The notes beneath the pieces were generated by a model. That model was given only the letters and a program-made list of their open reading frames with translations, was not told the origin of the DNA and did not search any database. Shown in pieces: positions 26,524 to 37,000 of a DNA stretch of 64,000 nucleotides. The DNA is taken from contig USES01000002.1 of the NCBI GenBank assembly GCA_900553785.1, forward strand, positions 15,326 to 79,325, written 5' to 3'. The position numbers and the translations under genes were made by a program. This DNA is from an uncultured Clostridium sp. GTDB taxonomy: Bacteria; Bacillota; Clostridia; TANB77; CAG-465. How positions within the stretch are numbered: position 1 is the first letter of the stretch; each line of letters opens with the position of its first letter.

Positions 26524-28965
26524 GTGAGAGACAATATTAGTATCATATTTGCAGCTATATTTGCAGTATTGCTTCTTATAGTATTTCCTTTGTTTAGTTT
26601 GTTAACTAGGCAAGATAGTATTTCATACAACAAAGTTTTAACACTTACTACAGAGTTTGTAGATAGTGTTAGAACTAAAGGATATTTTACTGAACAAGAA
26701 TATACAGATTATTTGACAGGTTTATCTAATACTAGAAACACATATAAAGTAGAATTGGAATGTCATAAAAAAATACTAATAAAAGATGTTAATAAATATA
26801 CTAAGGAAAACCCTGTTTGGGTTGAAGATACAGCTATATATTATAATAGTTTTGTTGAAAATGAGTTGAAAAATTCTAAAGTAGTAAGTCTTGAAGAAGG
26901 GGACGAGTTTTACATAAAGGTGTATAACACAAATATAACTACAGCAAGTCTTATGTATAACTTTTTCTTGAATTCAAGAATTCCAAGGAAAGTAATAAAT
27001 ATTGGATATGGCGGAAAGATTTTAAAAACTTCTGGAAATACGTTTGCTAAGACAGTGTTTAATTCATCATATACACCTTACATTACTTTTAGTGAGGTAA
27101 CAGATAGCACAGGAAAAGAGTTTAAGAGATGTTATGATCAAGAAGCTGGAACTTACCAAATGCAGTATTGTGTTAGAAATATAAATGTAGAAGAAGATAT
27201 CAACAATCCTATTAAAGTTAACTTTAAGATGCATAATTTTGCTAAAATAGGAGATATATTTATTGATTCAAGAGCATTTTCAGAAAACATTGAATATATA
27301 AGAGAAGAAATAAAGAAAAAGGTTAATTTGAGAGGAAATTATATTTATTCATATGAAGTTAGTGTTGATGACTTAAAGTTTGTTAATGACAATATAGAAG
27401 GAACTATAAAGATATCAAATATAAGAATCGGAAGTGGAGCTTGGAAAACGACAGCATATATAGTTATAGAGTCTAATTTAGGTACAGGAACTACTGGTGC
27501 AGCTTCATCAGAGGGAACAACTGAGGAGTTAACTTTTAAAAGAAGAGACTTGGCATCAAATATGGAAATTACAGGACCATATTTAAGTAAAGAAACCACA
27601 GAAGTTCTAACTACAGCACTAAAAAGCAAGGAAAAAGTATACTTTAAAATAACATTAAGAGATAGTGAAGAAATTAAAAAGTTAATACTAACTGAAAATG
27701 GTAAAAACATTGTAGACGATGTAAACATAAGAAGCAGTAAAGAGTATAAAACTGAAAACTTTGAGATTAAAATAGACAAAGCAACAAATGCTCCAAGTTT
27801 ACAAGAGTATTGGGTTGAAATTACTCCAACTGTAGAATTTGAAAATACTAGCATAATAGGCAAAAAAGAGTATGAATTACAATTGATAGCGTACGCTGAT
27901 ACGTATGTAGATTTAAATGAAACACTTGAAGTTAAGTCTGTATCTAGCGTAGTAGTGTGGAGACTAGTAGAGTCTGACATTAAGTGTATAAGTATTAAAG
28001 CAAGTCCTGAGAACAGTGCAAAAGAAGTAGTAGTAAATAATTTATTCACAATAAGATTTAATGCAGGAAGTTACAGAAAAATCAATAATTATGGAGTGTT
28101 AAAATTCTTTAATGACTTAAAAGATTTGGGATTGCTTTACATTTCTGTTGAAGGAAAAGATTCTTTAGTTGATTATGACATAAAAAATGTGGAAGTTACC
28201 TCAGGTAATAACCCTTCATATAAAGTAACAGTATCTTGTAAATTGGCGGGAAGACCTGAGAAAGCAACAGTTAATGTAAATTTTGCAAATACTGATGGCA
28301 GCATAAAAACTGCTAAATTTAGAAGTCACATAAATGTTCCAGAGCACAGTTGGTATGTTGAAAAAAATGATAAACCTGGATTTTGTTTTCGTAGAAATGA
28401 TGCATATGGATATGATGAAATATTTTTGTGGGAAGATGCCAGTGTTGAATATATAGATATGCAAGGTAACGAATATCCAAGCTATTATGATTCTGACGTT
28501 ACGAAAGAAAAAATTACAGAAAGCATAAGAAAATATGGTGGATTTTATTTTTCATCTGTTGTAAAAAGTGTGAACGTATCTAGAGCTTCGGCTGAGTCAA
28601 ACTTTTATAAAGTATGGAGTGATTCAAAAAGGACAGAAGTAGGTAGAAATGGCTTTTTAGGGAATATGTTCTTTTCTTCTGTTATGTATGATTGGCAACT
28701 AAGGCTGGTATTAAGAAATTCAAGGATGATGGTTACCAGAACATCTTCTGGGTATGTAGTTTTAGCTAATATACAAGGTGAAAACGTAGAAACTGCTATG
28801 AAAGTCAATTATTCGAGCACTTCGGATAAGTATAACTCTAATGGTGAAATGATTAGAATAAATGAAAATGAGAGTTATTATAAACCAACTATTAAGTTAC
28901 AGACAGTAATAAACTTGGCACGTAACAATTTAGCAATGTATACAAAAGTGCTATATATAAAATAA
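26524..28965 (+). CDS. Large TadE/TadG-like N-terminally anchored protein with a degenerate FGE-like C-terminal module
   Basis: GTG start behind an aggagg RBS. The N-terminus ISIIFAAIFAVLLLIVFPLFSLLTR follows the TadE-like hydrophobic-Pro-...-R pattern. The C-terminus ...ESIRKYGGFYFSS...YDWQLRL parallels ...SVQKYGGFYIARF...VQWDAAL in the protein at 16015. Confidence 0.5.
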   Translation: MRDNISIIFAAIFAVLLLIVFPLFSLLTRQDSISYNKVLTLTTEFVDSVRTKGYFTEQEYTDYLTGLSNTRNTYKVELECHKKILIKDVNKYTKENPVWVEDTAIYYNSFVENELKNSKVVSLEEGDEFYIKVYNTNITTASLMYNFFLNSRIPRKVINIGYGGKILKTSGNTFAKTVFNSSYTPYITFSEVTDSTGKEFKRCYDQEAGTYQMQYCVRNINVEEDINNPIKVNFKMHNFAKIGDIFIDSRAFSENIEYIREEIKKKVNLRGNYIYSYEVSVDDLKFVNDNIEGTIKISNIRIGSGAWKTTAYIVIESNLGTGTTGAASSEGTTEELTFKRRDLASNMEITGPYLSKETTEVLTTALKSKEKVYFKITLRDSEEIKKLILTENGKNIVDDVNIRSSKEYKTENFEIKIDKATNAPSLQEYWVEITPTVEFENTSIIGKKEYELQLIAYADTYVDLNETLEVKSVSSVVVWRLVESDIKCISIKASPENSAKEVVVNNLFTIRFNAGSYRKINNYGVLKFFNDLKDLGLLYISVEGKDSLVDYDIKNVEVTSGNNPSYKVTVSCKLAGRPEKATVNVNFANTDGSIKTAKFRSHINVPEHSWYVEKNDKPGFCFRRNDAYGYDEIFLWEDASVEYIDMQGNEYPSYYDSDVTKEKITESIRKYGGFYFSSVVKSVNVSRASAESNFYKVWSDSKRTEVGRNGFLGNMFFSSVMYDWQLRLVLRNSRMMVTRTSSGYVVLANIQGENVETAMKVNYSSTSDKYNSNGEMIRINENESYYKPTIKLQTVINLARNNLAMYTKVLYIK

Positions 28966-28981
28966 AGGAAGGAGGTAAAAA

Positions 28982-30232
28982 ATGAGATTAACAGATTTAG
29001 CGTTAATTTTTGCGGTAGTGTTACTACCAATAGTAATAATTGTATATGTAAATACTTCTTTTGTTGTGAGAGCAGAAAGAGAAGAGATGTATTACAAAAA
29101 TCTAATTACTTCAGCTGTAACAGATGCCACTGATGCAATGAAGAAAGTAGAAAACGATGATAGTAAAATAGATTATGGTTATTCTGGAATTGTAAACAAC
29201 AAAATAAGTATAAATGCTGATATTGCAGTTGATACATTTTTTACTTCTTTATACAATAATTTAGGAATAAAGGGAAATGCTGGCTCTGAATTGGCACTAA
29301 AATCATATATTCCAGCTTTAGCCGTAATAGATTATGATGGAATATATATATATTCTGCTGAAGAAGATTCAAGTGGAAATACGGCATATGTATTGAAACC
29401 TAAAAAGTATTTTACATATATGTATTACATAGAAAAAACTGCAGATGTATCAGGAAATTATAAATATGAGATGAAGGAATATACTAAGGATTCTGACATA
29501 TCAAAAGCAAATGCAAACTTAATATACCAAGTAACATTTACACAAGATGATTATGTGTATTTAAAGGTTTATGAAATAAAAAGCGGAAAACTTACAGATA
29601 TATCAACTAGTCAAAATATAGAGTATAAAAATTCATTTTACTTAACAGATTCTTTAAATAATGATTGGCTAGTTGGTGAGAGTAGATACTTGTATAGTTT
29701 ACGAGGAGGAATAATTTCTAGTAAATTATCTGAAGTTGTGAAAGAAGTCTCAGAAAAATTGCTTGAAATGCGTAAAGAAGTAATAGCTAAAATTTGTATG
29801 CAGGAACTATCTTATGCAGTTAATGCGCATAATTACTATGCAAGAAAAGCAGGAGTTAAATATAACTTTACGTTTGGAATAGAATCAGATGCAGACTGGT
29901 ACGAAACTGTAGATGGAGTTGGAATGGTTGCTGTGGTTCAAGGAATTTCTCTTGGAAATAGATATCTAAACTACAGTGCATATAGTGCTACAGATTTGAC
30001 TGTTGCAAAGAAATATTATTTGACAAATACTATGGGTAATATAGAAAGCGATGAATATGCAGCTATAGGTGAATATCACTATTATCACTCAAGAGAAGAT
30101 TGTCCGATTTATACTACGTATTTGGAATATGTTGAAAACAAAAAAATAGATAGAATAATTCCTAGTTTTTTTTATAACAAAGAAGAGGCTGCAGCAAATG
30201 GATACAAACCATGTTTTGTTTGTAAACCTTAA
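28982..30232 (+). CDS. TadE-like N-terminally anchored protein with a C-terminal Ada/sunset-type Cys motif
   Basis: aggaggt RBS. The N-terminus is DLALIFAVVLLPIVIIVYVNTSFVVR. The C-terminus is YHSREDCPIY...EEAAANGYKPCFVCKP. Confidence 0.5.
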   Translation: MRLTDLALIFAVVLLPIVIIVYVNTSFVVRAEREEMYYKNLITSAVTDATDAMKKVENDDSKIDYGYSGIVNNKISINADIAVDTFFTSLYNNLGIKGNAGSELALKSYIPALAVIDYDGIYIYSAEEDSSGNTAYVLKPKKYFTYMYYIEKTADVSGNYKYEMKEYTKDSDISKANANLIYQVTFTQDDYVYLKVYEIKSGKLTDISTSQNIEYKNSFYLTDSLNNDWLVGESRYLYSLRGGIISSKLSEVVKEVSEKLLEMRKEVIAKICMQELSYAVNAHNYYARKAGVKYNFTFGIESDADWYETVDGVGMVAVVQGISLGNRYLNYSAYSATDLTVAKKYYLTNTMGNIESDEYAAIGEYHYYHSREDCPIYTTYLEYVENKKIDRIIPSFFYNKEEAAANGYKPCFVCKP

Positions 30233-30244
30233 TTGTAAATTTTG

Positions 30245-30273
30245 TTGACACTAATTTTTGTTTACTATATAAT
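30245..30273 (+). promoter_or_regulatory. Canonical sigma-A-type promoter (TTGACA-17-TATAAT), near-identical to the one at 33976
   Basis: ttgaca ctaatttttgtttacta tataat. Confidence 0.65.
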
Positions 30274-30284
30274 AACTTAAGAAA

Positions 30285-31676
30285 ATGAGAGGTAATGTCA
30301 CATTGAATAAAAAAGAGATGAAACAGAAGGTAATAAAAAAGAATCCGGCTAAATCTTCTAAAAAAAGAGTAAGGACTATATCAAGAAAACTAAATAAAAG
30401 AGATTTAATAGCATTAGGTATTATTGCTGTAGCTATAATAGTTGGAATTATATTTTTAGTTAGAAATATAGTTATAACTAATATGTACTCATATTATACG
30501 GATAAGATGGTTTGGTATGGATACGATAAGTTGTATGATAATGAAGAAGCAAAATCTACCGAGGCAGTATTGTCAGATGAAATTGCAAAAATGGTATCTG
30601 GCGTGCTATATAATAAAACTAACAAAGATAGTGCAAAAAACAATATATTTACTGAAGATAAGGACAAATTGTCTGTTAATGAAGCTTGGATAGAATTTGC
30701 AAAGTCTATTCCAATATCTGAAGCTGGAAATATAACTTTAGGTAAAAAGGCTTCAAAATTACAAGTTGCTAAAATGATTATACAAGGGATAGAGAGAGTA
30801 TATTTGAAGCAAATTGAAATAACAGAACCTTTAAATGAAAAATATAGAAAAAACTTTAGCCAAGATGAATTAGATGTGATAGATAAGGCTATAAGTTTAG
30901 GAATATTGAAAAACAGTCTTAGTGATGTGAAAAAAGAGGGTATGATTAAAGGCGAGTTAAACAAGATGTTAATTATTGCTTCAGAGAAGTACTCAATGGT
31001 ATATTATAAAAATATAAATGTAAGTGATACAGTAGCATCTCTAGTAACTGCTAAAGATAAACTTCCTAAGAATTCAGATATATATCCTTATGTTATAGAT
31101 AGTATTCCGACTGAGATATATGAAATAGAAATGCCTGAAATGCAGTCAAGTATAAGTGTTAACCCTAAAGAAACGTATTATATATATCATGAAAAGTACG
31201 ATGATACAGAGAGAAATTTGGTTAATTATTTTAATACTATTTTAAATGTGGATTATAGAACAATAGATGTAGATACTCTTATTGAAAAGATAAATCCATA
31301 TGTTGCATATAATATAAATTCAAAGGTGGGAGATAATTATCAATATAAGGAAACAATAGAAAAATACGTTGAGTATGTAAAAGAAAACAGTATTGTTTTA
31401 TCCGGAAAAGTTACGCCACAGCTACCTATTGTATATTCAAATGGAATGATACATTACGTAAGATGCAAAATAGATTTTGAAGTTGTAGAATCAAAAACAA
31501 ATCAAAATTTGTTACTTTGGGATAAGGGAGTTACATATAATAAAAATAAGGTAAGTGTATACACAGATATTGCAGTGTCTCCTACGCAGTATTCTAAAGC
31601 GTTTAGATTGTTTAATGAAATAGGAACGATGCAGTGCATTGTAAAAGATTCAGAAAATGCAATAACAGTAAAGTAA
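30285..31676 (+). CDS. Type II membrane-anchored protein with SLH-like repeats and a conserved C-terminal domain shared with the gene at 31714-33798
   Basis: Basic N-terminus followed by the TM segment LIALGIIAVAIIVGIIFLV. The C-terminus is LPKNSDIYPYVIDS...ILNVDYRTIDV...KYVEYVKENSIVLSGK. The start codon is uncertain because the ATG at 30285 lies only 11 nt after the -10. Confidence 0.55.
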   Translation: MRGNVTLNKKEMKQKVIKKNPAKSSKKRVRTISRKLNKRDLIALGIIAVAIIVGIIFLVRNIVITNMYSYYTDKMVWYGYDKLYDNEEAKSTEAVLSDEIAKMVSGVLYNKTNKDSAKNNIFTEDKDKLSVNEAWIEFAKSIPISEAGNITLGKKASKLQVAKMIIQGIERVYLKQIEITEPLNEKYRKNFSQDELDVIDKAISLGILKNSLSDVKKEGMIKGELNKMLIIASEKYSMVYYKNINVSDTVASLVTAKDKLPKNSDIYPYVIDSIPTEIYEIEMPEMQSSISVNPKETYYIYHEKYDDTERNLVNYFNTILNVDYRTIDVDTLIEKINPYVAYNINSKVGDNYQYKETIEKYVEYVKENSIVLSGKVTPQLPIVYSNGMIHYVRCKIDFEVVESKTNQNLLLWDKGVTYNKNKVSVYTDIAVSPTQYSKAFRLFNEIGTMQCIVKDSENAITVK

Positions 31677-31712
31677 AAGTGCCCTAGAAATTTATTCTAG
31701 GACACTTTTTTT
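31675..31712. terminator. Bidirectional terminator between the convergent paralogs
   Basis: agtgccctagaa / ttctaggacact (11 of 12 bp) with A-run and T-run flanks. Confidence 0.7.
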
Positions 31713-31713
31713 G

Positions 31714-33798
31714 TTACATCAATGTGTTACAAATTCTCGTAATTTGGTCGTAGCCCATTGCCACGTAAACATCGCAATAGCGAACTGACGAGTTTTGAGT
31801 ACCCATTACATAGAATAAGTATCTTGAGAAAAACAATTTGGGACTTTCAACTTCAGAACTTATCACGTCTAGCTCTAATTTTGTACGAACTAGAAAAGGT
31901 TGTCTGCGGAATGCAAAAGGTAAAACCAAAGTAGCTTTTCCTTTCATTATTATTTTGTTCTCCTTCACATATTCAATGTACTTCTTCACAGTATCAAGAT
32001 ATAGATAGGTTTTCTCATGAGTTATTTCATCTGTGTTAGAAGACTTGAGATCATAATATACATACGGTCTAAGATCATACAAAAAATCTTCGAGGTTTAT
32101 TGTACGATAGTCTATATTTAAAATTACATCAAAGTATTTTTCTATATAGTACAATGAATTGTAAGTAAACCTATTCATCTTATACGTATATATAGGATCA
32201 ACAGCAGTCTCCTGGTCATCTGTGCCTTCTACATGTTTGGTGTAAGGAAGAGTCTCAAAACATTCGTATACTTCTTTTGGAGCAACATCCAAAATGTAAG
32301 GAAATACGTCTGCATTTTTAGGCAAAAGAGCAGGATCAGTTACTAAGTTTAATCTTTCACTTCCTTGTCTTCTGTTATTTGTAGGTACGAAAGTTGAAAA
32401 TTGCATTGCATATTTTATGAGCATTTTTTCGAATTCTGCTTGGGTAATCTGAGAAGAATTAAAATCTTCAGCATTATTTTCAATTAAGCCAAAATTGATG
32501 GCATAATTTAAATAATAAATATATTCGTCACTTAATCCTTTCGTAAGTTCAGTTTTAATAGCCGTTTTACATATTGGAGGTACTTTAAAGGAATGGATTG
32601 CTTCTGTTGCAAGAACAAGTGCTAAATTCTTTTTTGATGCGTCTTTCTCAAACTTTTCATAATTCCTTGAAAAGTAAGCATCACTATTAGTTTTTCTAGA
32701 AATGAATTTTTCATATTCTTTCAAGCATTCCTCAGAATTTGGATCCAGCAATTTTTTTTCTGGTTCTGCAAAAGCAGGAGCTTTAGCAACTGAAACTTGG
32801 TAAATTATGTACAACATCTCTTTAGCTGTCATGTATCTGTCAGCTGGATGCGGAACTAAATACAGATAGTCAAAGTTAACAAGTTCTCTTATTCGGGCAC
32901 TCCATTCAGGTGCAATTGTGTTGTACGTTTCAACCGTTGCGCCATTCTTTTCTAACTTTCTTTCATACTCGTCTTTGTTAATGTGTATACGTCTGTTAGG
33001 GAAACAAATTCTGGCAAGTACGGTTATGTATTCGTTAAGTGAAATTTCGCCATAAGGATTAAACATTCCATACTCATTACCAGCAAAAATCCCCAAATTA
33101 AACAGTTCAAGCACACCATCAAAGTTTATAGTGTCTGGTGCAGAATTGTCTACATCTACGATTCTACTTAGCGAGTTTATAGGTTCACCTACATTTACTA
33201 CTTTAAAAAGACGGGTAAGAATAATTTGAATTTGTTTGCGATACATGTATGGATTGATATTAATAAAAAAGTCTGCTGTGGATGCGCTTTCAGGTATTTT
33301 ATCATCATTCAAAAGAATATGTTCTTCTTTTGTGATAATGCCTTCTTTTTGCAAGTAGTTTAATTTTGATGACCAGCTGTCTGCTGAGTTATCTGGCTGG
33401 TTATTATACGTGATAAGAAATTTGTATGCAAAGTTAATGATGTCTTTATATTCTATTTTAGTATTATAGTATGCTGTACGTGTTATACTACCATCACTAT
33501 TGCTTTTGCCAATGTAATAAGGTGATTTAATTTCGCTAAAACCTATTTCATAAAGGTGAATGAAATCTTCTTTACACCAATCAGCAATGTTTAGTTTTTC
33601 AAAGATTTCATCATCTGGTGAAATAGTTGCTACCTTTTTGAAGTTTGAATTCAATGGGGTATACGGATCAATGTTTTCTTCTTGTACATTAACATTTGTG
33701 TTAGCTTCTTGTGATTGTTTTGCTTGCACTGCAAAAACATTTGGTACTGACGTTGCCATTATACAAGCAACGAGAAGTAAAGAAAGTAATTTTTTCAT
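31714..33798 (-). CDS. Secreted protein with SLH-like repeats and the same C-terminal domain as the gene at 30285-31676
   Basis: Signal peptide MKKLLSLLLVACIMATSVPNVFA. SLH-like LELFNLGIFAGNEYGMFNPYGEISLNEYITVLARI. The C-terminus is LPKNADVFPYILDV...ILNIDYRTINL...KYIEYVKENKIIMKGK. Confidence 0.55.
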   Translation of the reverse strand: MKKLLSLLLVACIMATSVPNVFAVQAKQSQEANTNVNVQEENIDPYTPLNSNFKKVATISPDDEIFEKLNIADWCKEDFIHLYEIGFSEIKSPYYIGKSNSDGSITRTAYYNTKIEYKDIINFAYKFLITYNNQPDNSADSWSSKLNYLQKEGIITKEEHILLNDDKIPESASTADFFININPYMYRKQIQIILTRLFKVVNVGEPINSLSRIVDVDNSAPDTINFDGVLELFNLGIFAGNEYGMFNPYGEISLNEYITVLARICFPNRRIHINKDEYERKLEKNGATVETYNTIAPEWSARIRELVNFDYLYLVPHPADRYMTAKEMLYIIYQVSVAKAPAFAEPEKKLLDPNSEECLKEYEKFISRKTNSDAYFSRNYEKFEKDASKKNLALVLATEAIHSFKVPPICKTAIKTELTKGLSDEYIYYLNYAINFGLIENNAEDFNSSQITQAEFEKMLIKYAMQFSTFVPTNNRRQGSERLNLVTDPALLPKNADVFPYILDVAPKEVYECFETLPYTKHVEGTDDQETAVDPIYTYKMNRFTYNSLYYIEKYFDVILNIDYRTINLEDFLYDLRPYVYYDLKSSNTDEITHEKTYLYLDTVKKYIEYVKENKIIMKGKATLVLPFAFRRQPFLVRTKLELDVISSEVESPKLFFSRYLFYVMGTQNSSVRYCDVYVAMGYDQITRICNTLM

Positions 33799-33975
33799 AA
33801 TAAAATCTCCTTTTAATTATAATTGAGATAAAATAAACTTCGCTAACATTCTATCACCAATACCAAATTATGTCAACAAACAAATTTAAATTTTAATTTT
33901 TTCGACAAAAGTCGACAAGAAAAATAGTGATAAAAAACAAATTAAAATAAATACTAAATATGTGATGAAATTGCG

Positions 33976-34004
33976 TTGACACTACTATTTGTTTGCTATA
34001 TAAT
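33976..34004 (+). promoter_or_regulatory. Canonical sigma-A-type promoter, near-identical to the one at 30245
   Basis: ttgaca ctactatttgtttgcta tataat. The block TTGACACTAnTnTTTGTTTnCTATATAATAA is shared between the two. Confidence 0.65.
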
Positions 34005-34088
34005 AAGGCAAGAAGTAGCTGTAAAAGAAGAAAAATTGATATGAACAAAACGTTAAATATTTAACGATAATTATACGGGGGTAAATGT

Positions 34089-37000
34089 ATGAAACTAAAA
34101 GGAAAGTTTTTAACATCGATTGCTATGTTTATGCTTTTTGTTTGCATGCTTAAAAGCGTACTGGCGGTGGGCTCTGTTTATCAGACAATAATAAAGTATG
34201 ACACAAATGAAAGTGCTCTTATATATAGAACTATAGCTAGACCGCACACAAGTACACTTAACATTTTTGACAAATATAATGATTGGAAAGCAAGCTTTGT
34301 TGATTCTGCCGAGCCAACTTGGCAAACATATAAGGCTAAGGATCTTATATTTACCAAAGGTGAAATAGGCGTATATGGAACTTCATCTAATTCCCCTTTT
34401 GGTTATGCTAGGTTTTTGCAATCTGATTCTAATGATTCAGAATCTCAGAACGCTTTTTTGAGCTCTGATCCAGCAGCTGTTAAAAAATGGGTTGATACAG
34501 GTTACGCTGAAGGAAGAATAACGCATGTAAAAAATGCAACTGTTGATGACAAAAAATATAGTGATTCAGATAGTCATGTACCAACACCAATGTTTTATGC
34601 ATATAGCAATAACTCAGGTACTCCTCGAGCAATTATGTCATATCTAAATAAGGAATCTTTTGATAATTATAATGCAAACACAATAAGTTCAGTTGGAGCT
34701 AGCAAAGTATTTCCATTACTTTTTAATTATATTGCTGACCCTGATAATAAGGGATACCTTTGGGTAAGACCTTTTAATAATTCTGTTGCACAGTTCTCAG
34801 TAAGTGGTGTTGTACCATTTAAAACTATAAGGGCAATGTTATATACGACAGACGCTAATTTAGCAAATAAAATGCCAAGTTCAAATGACAGTGTAACTAA
34901 TTCGTATTATATAGAAGATGTGTATTTAGAACCTACAGTTACACAACAATTATTAGATTATTATAATAATTGTCAAGATCAAGGTAATCAAAATTGTAAT
35001 GTGTATGTTAGTGCAATTCCAGCAACAAACGCTATATGGAGTGATAGTGCTAGCACGAAATTCTATATGTTAACACCTGCTTCGTTCTTGTATTCAAAGG
35101 TAAGAGATTTTTATGGTAATGGATGGTCTGCAGGAACGTTAGGAAGAGATAACGATGGTTTGGGTTCTGGATTAAACCTTTGGGATAATAAATTAGTTTT
35201 GCCAACTGATGTTAGACACAATAAGAAAATAGTAGTAAATCATATTGCTGTGGATAAAGACAGTAAAAAACACATAACATATAGGTTGCTAGAGTCAGAA
35301 GAAAGAGCGGTAGAAACTTTAACAGCAGGAAATAATAGTTCTAGTTTTTACGATATAAATAGTTTGTATTTAAATAGTGATAAAACCTTAACTGGAAGTG
35401 TAACAAAAAGTAAATTATTAGTTGATAAAACAACTATACAAGAAAACATGTTACAATATGAAATAATAGCACCAAATGCAAATACTAAGTATAAAGTAAA
35501 TAAATTGACTAATCTTGACTATGGATATAGTTATGTTGGATATATAGAAGATACACTTACAAAAATAGAAATATTAAATGGCAGTAGTACATATTTTGAA
35601 AATAAGTATAAGGCAAAAAAACAAGGGGATCCTATTTTTGATATTCCAGATGATACGGATGAAATCATAATTAACTTATTTTACGAAATGGATGTTAAAG
35701 ATGTAAACGTAATAAATAAAGTTTGTAAAGATAATGATGGAATATTACAAACAGGTGAGGGAAGTTGTGTTACTATTGAAGGAAATAAACAAATAGATTT
35801 AATACATCCAGAAAATCAAAATCATAGTGTGGTACAGTTCAATGGAAACACAAATGAAGAAAAATATACTGTAAATGCAGCTTATGATGTAGAAGCAGAA
35901 AATGTAAATACAGAAACATATGAATACGTAGGATATGAGCTTAAGTTAACAAAAAACGGTTCAGAAAGAATAATAAGAAATAGTAAAGAAGAAAGCTGTA
36001 TAGCTACTGCTAAAGAGACCGAAACAGATGAAGTAACTATTACATTTTACTATACACGAAAAGCTACAATAACTAAAAAGCCAGAGAGCAAGCCAAATCC
36101 TGATGTTCCGGGAACGCTAACAGTTTTAAGTACCAACCCTACAGACAGAACATGTGAAGGCAATTTATACTCTGTACCAACGAATGCAAGGGATAACACA
36201 AATGATATATATGTAGGAATAAAAAACACACCAACGTATGTCTTAGCAGGTATAAATGTAGAACAAAAAGACACAAAGAGTAGCAGTCACAAAGTAAAAA
36301 TAAATTTGACTATAAACTTTGGACCAAAGCCAAATGTAAAGACGTGGACAATAGAAGTTCCATATTCTTTATCGTATTACGCAATACAAGAGTTGTTGAT
36401 ATATAAGTATAAAGTGGCGGAAATATATAGTTCTGGAATGGCTAATACAAAAGGAGAACCACTATTTAATGAGAAGGTTTCTAGAATAACACCAGTTAAG
36501 ACTTCTGAGTTGACTCTTAATGCAAGTGCAAATTCTAAGATATCCTATACAGATACAAATAACTGGAAAAACTACTTAGTAACAAGCTTTAAAACAAATT
36601 ATATTATTCCAAATGTTAACCCAATAGATTTTTATGAAAATAAGTATGGAAGAACAATTTGGTATGATTTGTATGGAGGAAAGAAGGAGACAAAAACATA
36701 CACTCAAAAAGATCAATCTATAGACACGTATATAAAGACAGATTTAAGCAATGCGTATAGGAAAATAACGCTAGATGGTAGCGTAGATATATCAATCAGT
36801 CTCTTGGATAGTAAAATTTTTGGTTATATAGATACAGGAAATGATGTGTTAGAAGAACAAGATTTGATAGATAGAAAACAGTACACAAATAGATGTATAG
36901 AAAATTTGAATTCAGCAAGAGAGGATTATAGAAGAGCTGTAAGTGAATATAACGCTGCTGTTGAAAGGTACAATAAGGCAGAGGCTAGTAGGAAGAAGAC

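Noticed and set aside
27345-28049. A 234-aa minus-strand ORF inside the 813-aa gene.
   Set aside because: It is the antisense frame of a gene that has a strong RBS and operon context. It has no RBS and is Ser/Leu/Thr-rich, typical of antisense sequence.
25686-30232. Canonical type IVa prepilin or competence pseudopilin signatures (G-F-T-L-x-E).
   Set aside because: None of the four N-termini has the G/FxxxE motif, so I did not call them type IVa pilins or ComG proteins. I propose only a looser Flp/TadE-like resemblance.
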